A stretch of DNA of 64,000 nt. Source: Mobula hypostoma (Eukaryota). A program made the position numbers and the translations under genes. The notes under the pieces were generated by a model. It did not search any database, was not told the DNA's origin, and saw nothing but the letters and a program-made list of their open reading frames with translations. The DNA lies in assembly GCF_963921235.1 (NCBI RefSeq), contig NC_086097.1, positions 142,912,001 to 142,976,000 of the forward strand, written 5' to 3'. Below are positions 52,060-64,000 of the stretch, piece after piece (the first letter of the stretch is position 1; every line of letters starts with the position of its first letter).

Positions 52060-53445
52060 ACATAAGTCAGGAAACTATAGGTCCATGAGTCTGACATCAA
52101 TGGTGGGTAAATTGTTGGGGGGGGCGGGAGGGGTGAGTGGGTGTGGATTCTGACAGACAGGATCCAGGAATACTTGAAGAGAAGGGTCTGACTCAGAACA
52201 GTTGGTACGGCTTAGTGCATGGGAAGTTGAATCTGGCAAATGTCTTGGAGTTTTTTGAAGGGATAACCAAGAGAATAGAAGAGGATAGGGCAGTGGATGT
52301 TGTCTATCTGGACTTTAGGAAGGCCTTTGACAAGGCCCCTCCTGGCAGATTAGTCTGGAAGATTAAAATGCTTGGACCCCAGGGGAGATAGGGGATTGAA
52401 TTCATATTTAGCTCAGTGGTAGTAAGCAGAGGGTGATATTCAACAGTTGTTTCTAGAACTGGTGTCCTGTGTCTGGTGGGACATTTGTTATTTGCAATTT
52501 ATATAAATGATTTGGTTGTGAACATACAAAGCGTGGTTAGTAAGACTGTGGATGATACTACAGTAGATGGTATAGTTGATAATGTAGAAGGTTATGAAAA
52601 ATTACAGGGGAAGCTTGACCAACTACGTATGTGGGTTGAGGATTAGCAACTGGCTTTCAATCCAGATAACTGTGAGGTATTGCATTTTCGAATATCAAAC
52701 CAAGGTAGGACTTGTATAGTGAATGGTAGGGCCCTGGGCAGCGCTGTGGAACAGTGGGTCCTAGGAGTGTTAGTGCATAGTTTCTGAAAGCAGTACCACA
52801 GACGATGGGGGAGTGAAGAAGGTGTTTAGCACACTGGCCTTCACCAATCACGGTCTTGGCAAAAGGAATTAGGAAGTTATTCTCCAAATCTACAAGACTT
52901 TGTTGGTGCTGCACTTGGAGTATTGTATACAGTTTTGATCGCCCTGTTATGGGAAAGATGTTACTAAACTAGAGAGAACTTAGAAAAGATTTATCGGGAT
53001 ATTGCTTGAACTTGGAGACCTGAATTACAAGGAGAGGTGGTAGAGATTATGACTTAATTCCTTGGGCTCTAGGAAACTGAGGGGCGACTTGATAAAGATA
53101 TACAAGTTCACTAGGGGCATAGACAGAGTGAAGGCAGCGTCTTCTTAGGGAGAGGGCGCTAAAAACAAGAGGGCACAGGTTTAAAATCAGATGTGAGAGA
53201 TTTTAAAAGGGTCATCAGAGGCTGCTTCTTTATGCAACATGTGGTGGTGTGTATTTGGAATGAGCTGCTACAAATAATGGTTGAGATGGGCAAATCAGCC
53301 ACATTTAAAATCCATCTAGATGAGTAGGAGGGATTTAGAGGGTTCTGGGCCAAACATGGATGGATGGGACTACCTAGCTGGGCAACAGAGTTGGCATGGA
53401 TGAGTTGGGCTGAAGGACCAGTTTCTATGTTGTACGACTCTATGA
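52060..53445 (+). mobile_element. CR1 LINE 3' part
   Basis: GNYRSMSLTSMVGKLL, LEFFEGITK...VDVVYLDFRKAFDK and a CR1 tail ctatgttgtacgactctatga. Confidence 0.88.
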
Positions 53446-53921
53446 TTAGAAATTTCTGCGATTTTGTATGCATGTTTTAAAAAAAAAATCATCAACTAGT
53501 TTTCTAAGAGGCCGTGTTCTAATTTTTAAAAAACGTTGTTTCATCTTTTGAGTTCCCCCATAATGGAAGTCAACTATTCTCTGTGTCTCTTCCAGTGAAT
53601 CCCTGAATAATTTTAAATACCCTGATTAGATTACCCTCAAGATTCAAAAAAGAAATATTAACCCAAGTTTATGGAACCCATCCTCAATTTAATTCCTCCC
53701 GTTCTGGTATTTGCCCAAAAGTCAATACTCAATCCTATTTCCTGCCTTGATTTTGGATGCATAAACTCAGCATCATTGTACCGGGCCACGTAAAGGTCTT
53801 TACTTTGCAGCCAGGTAGTAAAAAATGTAGCTGAGTTCATGAGATCCATAATAAAATGGAAGTTTCCTGCCTCCAGTATTGAAGATCAGTCCTTACATGG
53901 TGAAGAAAACGAAAGGACACA

Positions 53922-54170
53922 CATTCAGATTCAGATTTATTTATCACATGTATGTGGAAACATACAGTAAAATTGTCGTTTGTGTTAGCAACCAACACAC
54001 CCAAGGATGTGCTGGGGCAGCCTGCAAGTGTCACCACACCAACATAGCGTGCCCACAATACCAGGCAGAACCACACAGAACACATCAAAAGAGAACACCG
54101 CAAGCAACAACAGCAAAACAACAACAGCAAAACAAGCCCCTTTCCTCCAACTCCAGGACAGGCCAAGCAT
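53922..54170 (-). mobile_element. LINE 3' UTR fragment (Rex1-type tail)
   Basis: attcagattcagatttatttatcac corresponds to a (tctgaa)n tail after ataaat on minus. Confidence 0.6.
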
Positions 54171-55953
54171 TAGACTTATGTTAGAGGTAAGTGAATGGAC
54201 CAAGTGTTATAGGTGTGGTATGGGGTAAAATTCCCTCTACAATCTTCCATCAAAATCTGCCAGGGCAAATGACACATGGGTAGGGTGGTCAACAGTCCAT
54301 ACAGTCTAAGATTTTCTGCAGGAAAATTAAAGTAATGTTAATGGATATTTATAACGGGATACCATTCTTTTCGTCAAACCAACAAAGGTTGCTGAAGAGT
54401 AGCCATATTTCACCAGAATAACTCTAGCTCTTCAAAAGAGGCAGCTGGTGACATTATGGTGCAGCTACAAGCATGAAATGACCTGCCGGACTGATGAGAC
54501 TGTAGCTGTAGGTCTGAAGTAGGACATGAATCATTTCCCCTCCTCCGAGGGCATGGCCCTGGAACCCTATCCAATGCAGAGTTCAGTTTCAGGTTCCACA
54601 CTGGACCTGGCATCAGAGACAGCTGCAGCTCCTGTAACATAGGGTGCAACATGGTTGGGTGCAAGCCTGTTTCTGTAATAGCCAGGCACAGAACTGGTAA
54701 GTACAATCTGTATACATCAGTCTGATGTCAGTACTGTACAGGAGGATACAGATCTGAACTATGTAACATTGAGGTATATGTCCATCACTGTTAGCAGTGG
54801 ATTACAGTACTGGTGAGTGCACTTATTGCAATTTCAAAGAGATCATATTAGGATAATAGGCTGTAAAATTCTTTGAAATACTATCCTTAGCATGGCCTCC
54901 AATTCAGATTTTACATGTTATTTGTGAATTTTAAGTAAGTCCAGATAAATTCAGTGGATATTGACAGAGAACACAGAGAAAATATGTGCAGCTTCCTGAT
55001 TTATGTGGGATTTGTTTTGTCCCTCATGATCTGTTAACCTAAAAAAAGGAACTTAGGTGGTTTGTACTTTTTTCTAAATATCCTGGAGCTGAATTACCTC
55101 TGAATAAAATGCAGAGAACAAAATGCTATAAAAAAAAAAGATCAGAATTTAGGAATGGGTAACTAACAGATGTGTATTATTTCATATTTCTTCTTTTTCT
55201 TATATCATTTCACACAATGTCCAAGTTTACAGATTACACTTTGGCTTGACGAACCTCTGTTAAGCCTGTGATCACCTGTAAAATAGAGGCACACCACTAA
55301 TTCCAGCTGCACCATGTCCCACCCACAACTTGTCCTCAAGTGTTAGAATAAAATATTCACAACCTCAATTTGATTGTATTTAGAGGTAACTATAAAACAA
55401 CATTCCAGATAATTCAGAAGAAAATACTAACTAGCTAAGTTTATATAAGGTTAGCTGTTCACAGTGGAGAATATTTTCTCACTTTCTTAAATGAGGAAGC
55501 TGTAAATATTTTCTCTGTGTCCCCTGTCAAGAACCATTTAACTTCACGGTTTCAGCTCTATCCAGAAATTCTCATGTTCACAAACATGCACCCACCTCTA
55601 AAGCAAAATCTGGAAGGGAGGCAGTGGTAGGATGGTAATTCAAAGAACCTTACAACCCATCATCTTGTACTAATCCCAAAACTCTCTCTGTGGGTATGGG
55701 ATGGTTCCTGATATAGAGTGTGGCTCCACTATGTTGTATCAACAATATTATCAGAATATTATCAGGTTTCACTCGCGAGTTGAGTCTGGGACCATCTTCG
55801 TCAGAATGGCAGCTGAGCTCGGGGTTGGTGATGAATTGTAGGCAGAAAGCCGGGAAACAGAATTTTGAGTTGATAACACTCCTCCTCAAAGTTTGATGAC
55901 AAGCTACTGTTTTCCATTTGCTATACAATGACGTAGAAATCAGAGCGCCCTAC

Positions 55954-56102
55954 CTTTGGAGATCACGGATATGCAGAGAGCACTGCTCAGTACCCAACAC
56001 CACAAACTCTTCAACGATACTCATTGCGGACACCTGCTCGTCCATGCTCACAGACGCTAAATGCTTGCCATTCACAGAATAAAGGTGCAAGAAGATTTTA
56101 TC
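55954..56102 (-). CDS. NBEAL2: NBEAL2 coding exon (WD40)
   Basis: 149 bp AG..GT. Encodes DKIFLHLYSVNGKHLASVSMDEQVSAMSIVEEFVVLGTEQCSLHIRDLQ. Phase 2 fits the next exon. Confidence 0.94.
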
Positions 56103-57873
56103 CTAGATTAAAAATAAAATGCAGGAATAATGATGAAAGGTGATGACTGATATGGGACCTTAAATCCCACAAAAGAATACTTAAATTGACATTGAGATGA
56201 CATTCAAGCAAGAAAAGTCAATGTGGTCCAAATTCTTAGCACTGGTAATCTTCACAGTAGAAGGGCATAAAGTTATGATAAAATTAAACTAAATTTAAAA
56301 GTGTATAAAAGTGAAAAACAAGTGAGCTTAAAGACTGATAAATGATTAAGGAAGTAGGAGAGCAAGAGTGAAAACAATTTGTAATTATTTTACACGGGCA
56401 GGAACTAATGAATGATGTACTTTGGGGTGGGAGTGGAGGGGTCTATACTGATGTCTAATACGATGTAAAAAGGGAAATAGAAAGAATCCACAGAACTTTA
56501 GGCCAGTTAGCTTAAAGTCATTGGCAGAAAAATTTAAAAAACTCCAATTAAAAAATATGAAAAAATATAATGAAGTGTAGACACCATGAATTTCAAAAGG
56601 GAAACTAATGTCTAAACTAAGATGCATTCAAGGGAAATCAAGATAAGTCCACGCATAAATGGGTAAGATGATGGAATTAGATGCAAAGATTTCAAATGGA
56701 GCATGGACATTGCCATGAGCTTTTATCTTAGAGTGCAATTTGCTCACTTATACATTTTAACTTGGCTAAGCATTGACTATTTTGTTTAATTTCTAAGAAT
56801 TTTATTGTGCACCAGCCAGATATCTTGGGGCTTTAGGATTTTGGTAGGTAAATATTGGAGAATTGCACAGATTAAGGAATTTTTTCAATGGTGGGTTTAG
56901 GCTTTCACACCGCCCATCCTGCAAATGTACTATTTTTTCGGCAACTGGATTCTAATCCATGTGATCTCTTCTCAAACTCTATCTACACCATGCATGACTT
57001 CTATGGGTCTTTTCCACAATGTTTCTCCTTACTTCTCAGGTTCACTCTGACCATGGCATCCCCTCTTTTCTAAGAGATTCCCCATGCTAATTCTCCCTGC
57101 TCGTCCCTATCCCTTCTTAGATAGGATCGTAGAAAGAGAAACACTTAATTTTAGGTCTGAAAGGGAATACCGCCGATAAGGCAGTCCAAATGCATTAATA
57201 GGGACAGTTAAAGAAGCAGGGAATAATTATGCTTCTCTGTCTATGTAATGTGTTGCCAATACTGAGGCTGCGGGACATGCCCAACAGGCCAATGTATGTA
57301 TTCTGACCAGGCTAAATTCCCTCCAGATGATGCCGTAATATCAACCTGGCAGGATGTCTATACTTATACAAAGCATTGGGTGCTACCGCAGTCACAATTT
57401 CCACAATTTGGAAATACATGGTCATTCAGGACCTATAGAAAGAAAAGCCAAGCTGCCTTTTTTTTGTGGAATGCCTCTTTAAAGGTGGTATGCAAGGATA
57501 TTCTGTAGTTGTGGTCAAATTGAAACAAATATCAGTAATGTACTTGAGTGTTTTGGTTTAACACTTGGACTGTAAAGTGAAGGATATACAGAGAGACCCT
57601 TTTAGGGATGTATCAGGAAGAACAGAAGAGAAGGAACAAAGGAAAATCTTCTCAAAAAAGGTTGATGAAATAAAGCAGAAGATATAATTGAGGGGTATTG
57701 TAGGTTAAAAGTTAGATTTGTCCATAAAAGATTGTTTTCCATCAGTTTAGTTTTATTCATTTAATCTTTCTGTGACTGAGATTCCTGTTCACTGGGTATT
57801 ACTCCCCTAGTTTTACTGCAAGTATGAATATCACTGCCGCTCAGATGAAACAGTTCCGTTCCTGTGGAGTTAC

Positions 57874-58035
57874 CTTTGATGAAGCCCGGCTCTCTCTGCT
57901 GCTCTGGATGACCACCTGCCCTTCATATCCAATGACGAGGTTGTTGATGGTCATGGGTAGTGTGCTTTCACAGGGGGGCCGCAGCGAACGCATGAACTGA
58001 CCACGGCGGATGGTGTGCACAATGACTGTACCATC
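57874..58035 (-). CDS. NBEAL2: NBEAL2 coding exon (WD40)
   Basis: 162 bp AG..GT. Encodes DGTVIVHTIRRGQFMRSLRPPCESTLPMTINNLVIGYEGQVVIQSSRESRASSK. Confidence 0.95.
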
Positions 58036-58569
58036 CTGTGGAAGGAAAAAAAAAGAGCCAAAGTTTAATTTTTCCTGGCTTTGGCAGTTTAAGAATTTGA
58101 ATTCAAAGCAAAGAACCCAAATATGAAAGTGACAGAGATATTGCTGGATTGTCATAAAAAGCAATCTGATTCTCTAATATCTTCTAGGTATTGAAACCTG
58201 CATTGCTCGCAAGTCTGAGTAGAGTCTGACCCACAGCAATGTGATTGGTTTTAAAAATACTTCAAGCAGTGTGATAGCAGTTATAGAAGATGGTCCTCTG
58301 GCACATACACAGAGCAAGTAGTGACAACATGGAAATACCAGTGTTGTCAGTGAGGCAAATATCACGGGGATGGAACAATTAAAAAAATACACTGCAGCAC
58401 CCTATAGATTCCACAAATAAAAGCAGCCCAAACTGGGAAAGTATCTGGAACTAAAAACAAATGAGTACACTTCCCCATTATGAAGTTGAGGGAATTTTCC
58501 CAACTCCAGCACCAATCAGCACTTTAAAATTAAACTAGTTTTACCCCCTCATTTCCCATTAAAAGCAGT

Positions 58570-58860
58570 TACAGGGATCCAGGTTCAGTCCCAAATGTGG
58601 ATATTGTCAGTGTGGAATGTGTACGTACACTGTGTGTGTATCTGCTGAGTGCTGTGATTTCCTGTCACATCCCAGAGACAGGCTGAAGGTTAATTGGCCA
58701 CTCATGCAGGTGAGTGGCAAGAGGTCCAAGGGGAATTGATGGGCCTGCAAGAGACTACTACGTCAAAGGAATACAGTGAAAAAATATGAGAGAGAATGAG
58801 AATGATTGTATCTCTGCCAGGAGGCATTAAGGACCCAATTTCAGACCGACTATCTATGCC
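58570..58860 (+). mobile_element. V-SINE/HE1-like SINE, decayed
   Basis: B-box-like ggttcagtccc followed by tgtcagtgtggaatgtgtacg...gatttcctgtcacatcccagagac, resembling the V domain. Confidence 0.6.
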
Positions 58861-58909
58861 ATAAAAAGTTAAGGAGGGTTTTAAAAGAGAGAAGAAAGGA
58901 GATAATTTC

Positions 58910-60195
58910 ACAAGGAGGATGAGAAGATGGCGGTGCGACGCAGTGTGCGCGGCCTCTCCGGTGAACGATATCTGTAATCTGTCAAATAGGGGACCATGCA
59001 CAATTCTGATTTGATGGGGATAGACATGAGAGTACGGAGGAACATCTGGAGAAACTTCTGAAATGCCCGCTTCGCTGCTCCTGCTACTGTGTGGTCCGGA
59101 ATCTCTGGAGCAGAAGGCCCTGAATCCTCGGCTTTGCTTGTTTCGGCGGCCTGGGCAAGGTTGAAGGTGCTTGGCAGAGGATGGCGCTCGGGAGGCTATA
59201 TCGGAGGGGCTGGTCGGAGGCTCAAAGTTTTCGGATGGACGGACTCAGTGTTGGCTGTGGTCGGGTGCTTACAATGCATCGGCAGTTGTCGGTACCTGGA
59301 GGTTTATGGCAGGGAGTTTCTCCCTTTTGCTGTCTGCTATCGGGGACTTGGGAGTCGATCGGGACTTGAGACTTTTTTTTACCGTGCCCATGGTCTGTTC
59401 TTTATCAAATTATGGTATTGCTTTGCACTGCTGTAACTATATGTTATAATTATGTGGTTCTGTCAGTGTTAGTCTTTGGTTTGTCCTGTTTTTCTGTGAT
59501 ATCACTCTGGAGGAACATTGTATCATTTCTTAATGCATGCATGCATTTCTAAATGACAATAAACGAGGACTGAGTGTTCTCATAATCTAATTTCTGAATT
59601 TAGAAAGCACCACCATTGTCCCATGGAGCTACATGAATGGCCGTAGTGTTATGTTGTTTAATGTTAATGCTACTACATGCCCATGGTCTACGAGTCTGTA
59701 GTGGCCAGTGCTATCAAGTTTGCTGTTGTGTGCTGGGGCAGCAGGCTGTGGGTGGCAGACACCAACAGAATCAACAAACTCATTCGTAAGGCCAGTGATG
59801 TTGTGGGGATGGAACTGGAGTCTCTGACGGTGGTGTCTGAAAAGAGGATGCTGTCTTAGTTGCATGGCATCTTGGACAATGTCTCCCATCCACTACATAA
59901 TGTACTGGGTGGGCACAGGAGTACATTCAGCCAGAGACTCATTCCACCGAGATGCAGCACAAAGCATCATAGGAAGTCATTCCTGCCTGTGGCCATCAAA
60001 CTTTACAACTCCTCCCTTGGAGGGTCAGACACCCTGGGCCAATAGGCTGGTCCTGGACTTATTTCATAATTTACTGGCATAATTTACATATTACTATTTA
60101 ACTATTTATGATTCTATTACTATTTATTATTTATGGAGCAACTGTAACGAAAACCAATTTCCCCCGGATTAATAAAGTATGACAATGACTACTGC
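58910..60195 (+). mobile_element. Two adjacent LINE-derived pieces (58910-59590 non-coding; 59677-60195 Rex1 3' end)
   Basis: YESVVASAIKFAVVCWGS...SFLPVAIKLYN. Tails aataaa..ataatctaat and aataaagtatgac. Confidence 0.7.
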
Positions 60196-60254
60196 ATGTA
60201 TTGACATTAAGGATTTTGCACTGGTTTTCTTTACACATATATATTTCACAATAT

Positions 60255-60365
60255 ATAGGGGGCTATGGGTAACCCTGGGTAATTTCTAAAGTAAGAACAT
60301 GTTCAGCACAGCATTGTGGGCCGTAGGGGCTGTATTGTGCTGTAGGTTTTCTATGTTTCTATGTG
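60255..60365 (+). mobile_element. CR1 extreme 3' end (same family as the 32362 copy)
   Basis: ggctatgggtaaccct...ctgtaggttttctatgtttctatg matches the reverse complement of 32362-32465. Confidence 0.8.
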
Positions 60366-60652
60366 TTATTATGACCAAAGTTTATTTTTGAAATAAAAGA
60401 AGGCGGCAGCACAATTGTCATTTGGACCAAAGTGGGGAATTATATTAAAAAAAGTAGCGATGACAAATTCTCTGTGGGTTTCAAGATGGATGGAGAGTAG
60501 ATATAGACAACCTGGGGTCCACAGAGCCCTCGGTTAATAGTAAGGGTCCATAGCATAAAAATGACGCGAACCCCTGATACAGATGGCTATAGATGGTTGA
60601 CACCAGATTGATCCTACTCAGTGTCAGGGGCACTAAATGCAACCTATTTTCA

Positions 60653-60880
<228 letters not shown>

Positions 60881-62400
60881 TTAAACTGTTCTTGCATAAG
60901 GAATTCTGAATGTATCGATTATAGTTCATTTACAGCACACTTGAGATTTGAACATTAAATATGGGGCTTTCCACTCAAGTGCGTTACTATGGGACTGCTG
61001 TAGTGTGACAGCTGTTTGCTTTGGGATGTGATATTAAAGCAAGATTATATTGTCTTACTCAATTACAATTGAAAGTTCATTAAATTCTTTCAAACAAGGG
61101 TATTAACTGTGGTGTTCCTGCTAATATTAATCTCTTAATTAACAGCACTAAAAACAAATTAATTAGACATTTTCACATTTGGTTGTAAATGCCCACTGAA
61201 TGCATATTGCCCGCTACATTTCTGTAACAGTGGCTATAATCCAAAGTACCTAATGAACTTCTGGGGATCCCCAAGCTGTGAAATGTAAAGTCCAAGCTGG
61301 AACACCATTGCTGAATTCTCAGAGGTACTGAATTTTAGATGAGGTTTTAAATTTAGGCTGTGTTTCTGAAAAGTTCTTGGCAAAATAACAGGGGAGTTCT
61401 ACCTTTGGTCTAACCAATATTTACTTCACAACAATATCATTTATAGCTTTGCAAACAGCTCAGTTTAGTCTACAGGACTACCAAAAGCTTCCAATTACTT
61501 TAATTCTCCATCTTACTCCCACTGTGGCTTCTCTGTCTTTGATCTCCTACACCATTCCAACAAAGCACGGTGTGAGCTCAAGGAATAGCACTTCAACTTC
61601 TCTCCAGGATTGTTGCAGTCCACAGGAGTTAACACTAAGTTCAACAATTTTGTATAAACCACTTTTCAAATTTATATCAGAACTGGCCAATTCTGATACA
61701 AGATCGCCCATCTGTAAAAGCATTCAGATTTTCTCTTTCCACAGATGCTCCGTTTTTATGGGTGTTTTCAGCATCCTTGTACATTTCAAAGGCACAGCAA
61801 GTGCTGTGTACTGCATCTTACAGTTCCAACTTTCTAATGTCCCCCAAACAACTGTTAATAGAGGCTCTGAAAATGTTATATCTACGCTACATCACAGACT
61901 TCCCCTTTATTCATTCCACCCCCTGCCCCCGAAAATTCAACAGGGGTTTTTGTTTCCCCTGTTTCCCAGTTTTGATGAAGGGTCTGAAACATTTCTTCCA
62001 TTTTGCTCTCCACTAGCCTGCCAAATATTTCCAGCACTTTCTATTTTCATTCCAAAGAAACAGGTCTGTTTGTGTAATCTTGCTGTGTACCACATTTCCT
62101 TAAACACCGCTTACACTTTATTGGGAAGAATATCTGGAAAGGCACCACATAAATCCTATGTAAGTATGGCTTTCTTTGAAAGACCAACAGCAAGATCCTG
62201 CTATCAAAAATATACATTGTGTACTCGTTCAGAGTACAAATGAAATACAGCGTCAATTCTCGAACTTAACATTCACACGACTGACAACAGTCTGACATCT
62301 TTAAGCTTTCCATTCAACTACATAGCCACTGTTCACCTCTTACTTATATGAATGGAAATCAGGAAATTACCTCTTGGAAACAGGGGCTGGTTATTCAGCA

Positions 62401-62590
62401 AAGTTGCTGGTGAACGCAGCAGGCCAGGCAGCATCTCTAGGAAGAGGTACAGTCGACGTTTCAGGCTGAGGGGTCTCGGCCTGAAACGTCGACTGTACCT
62501 CTTCCTAGAGATGCTGCCTGGCCTGCTGCGTTCACCAGCAACCTTGATGTGTGTTGCTTGAATTTCCAGCATCTGCAGAATTCCTGTTGT
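62401..62590 (+). mobile_element. Penelope pLTR insert with 5' inverted copy, 14-bp TSD
   Basis: TSD CTGGTTATTCAGCA at 62387-62400 and 62591-62604. Arms 62403-62470 and 62475-62542. Confidence 0.92.
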
Positions 62591-62778
62591 CTGGTTATTC
62601 AGCAGTGAGATTCTGGTGCTCCATAATCATTCTCTCATACAGCAAAAAGCTATTAAAATTGGTAATCAAGCCATCATTTACTACTTTTGTGGACAACATT
62701 TTATCCTTCTGTGGATGAAATATACTTCCTAACTTCTCCGAATTTATGGTTTTATCCCATTGTCCAGACCTCATCAGC

Positions 62779-62927
62779 TTAAATTAACACTCTCTCTATC
62801 CTACCTTATCAAGGATTAAATTAACACTCTCTCTCTATCCTACTTCATCAAGGTAGGATTAAATTACCACTCTTTCTATCCTACTTTATCAAGGTAGGAT
62901 TAAATTAACACTTTCTCTATCCTACCT
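62779..62927. repeat. About 37-42-bp minisatellite (about 3.7 copies)
   Basis: Unit ttaaattaacactctctctatcctac(c/t)ttatcaagg(tagg)a. Confidence 0.9.
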
Positions 62928-63086
62928 ACCAAAAATTCCAAATCACATAACACATCAACTTTCTATTATCTTGATAAAATGAACATGGGCTATACTTAGT
63001 GAACCTGCACCGCACACATTGCAAGTTAGTATATTCTTCTGAATGCATCACAATATTTTCACTGGCTCACGATGTCATTTTTCCTA

Positions 63087-63227
<141 letters not shown>

Positions 63228-63399
63228 TCAGTAAGAAAAATACACGGCCAATTAACTGGAACCCTTGCTGCTTATTAAAGCAAGGGTGAGAAATTTCCAA
63301 ACTCCTGTCGTTGGCATCAAAACAATTTGAGGTCAGCTGAGCTGGGTTCACATGAGGAGCACATTTCTGATGTACTATGCCAAACATTTCACAGTTTGT

Positions 63400-63720
63400 A
63401 ATTAATTGAGTTTTACTCCTGCAAAGTGATGAAAAGCTTATTAGCTGTGCTATCAAGCAACATTTACTCACCAATAACCTACTCATTTATGGTTAGATTG
63501 GGGTTCACTTGGCTCCAAATCTTGTCACAGCCTTGTTCCAAACATGGACCAGACAGCTGAATTCCATGATTTCAAAGGAACAGTTGACTCAGTGTGGCAT
63601 CAATGACCCCTAGTAAAACTGAGGTCATTGGGCATCGAGGAGAAAATGTTTCAATGATCAGAACCACACTTTGTATAAAGATGGCTGTAATGGTTTTAAA
63701 TCAGTCATTTGAGCCACGGG
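63400..63720 (+). mobile_element. Decayed CR1/L2-like RT fragment
   Basis: Reads like ALFQTWT.QLN..D.KG..DSVWH..L.KL.S.GI, an RT segment. Confidence 0.45.
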
Positions 63721-64000
63721 GAATGACCTGTATCTGAGTGAATAAATCTCAATGCTGGGTGCAGTATTTTTTTCTCTTTCCTGATGAACATAGTAAAAAT
63801 AATCACATGATGATGAAGTTAGGTCAATACTAACCTATGTGCCTCATGATATGTCCTATGACTTTGCCCTTGCTCAAGGATGTAACCCGGAGACTGTTGT
63901 CCCAGTGACCACCACTGAAGAGGAGCTTTCCATCGTGGGAAACGACTAGGATCTTTGGTGATAAATCGATACCAGGAGCAAGTGGGCCGGACAAGAAACG

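Noticed and set aside
54480..54522. CTGATGAGAC...GTCTGAAG resembling a hammerhead or C/D snoRNA
   Set aside because: No GAAA core or stem I/III pairing, and the C-to-D spacing is far too short for a snoRNA.
61449..62243. Longest ORF in the window (264 aa, plus)
   Set aside because: TTG start, no recognisable domain, antisense within an NBEAL2 intron, and overlaps a decayed Penelope pLTR (about 61965-62055).
62333..62572. Near-identical ORFs on both strands
   Set aside because: Artefact of the palindromic Penelope insert.

Overview
Repeat-rich vertebrate genomic DNA. The repeat repertoire (CR1, Rex1/Babar, Penelope pLTRs, Deu- and V-type SINEs) suggests a cartilaginous fish, which is an inference. 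Two spliced genes lie in tandem on the minus strand. The first is the last six coding exons of NBEAL2 (WD40 region, 63205 down to the stop at 49621). The second is the 5' part of the ciliary kinesin KIF9: a CpG-rich promoter with clustered RFX X-boxes at about 34.4-34.9 kb, a probable non-coding exon 1, and four coding exons from 32179 down to 2386, after which the gene runs off the left edge. All called coding exons have GT-AG boundaries and join in frame. The rest is mostly decayed, often nested transposons: near-full-length Rex1/Babar LINEs, CR1, RTE, a HERO-like restriction-endonuclease LINE fragment, a Tc1, a solo LTR and a scrambled Gypsy remnant. The most unusual structures are (1) two 'tails-out' inverted dimers of Rex1-type 3' ends, (2) Penelope pLTR inserts carrying minimal hammerhead ribozyme motifs, one a near-perfect 68-bp fold-back with a 14-bp TSD, and (3) a triple-nested CR1/Penelope/Gypsy structure with an inverted U5+tRNA-Pro PBS segment. 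No wholly new protein-coding system is evident. Repeat family calls come from motif recognition, not database searches, and most repeat boundaries are approximate.
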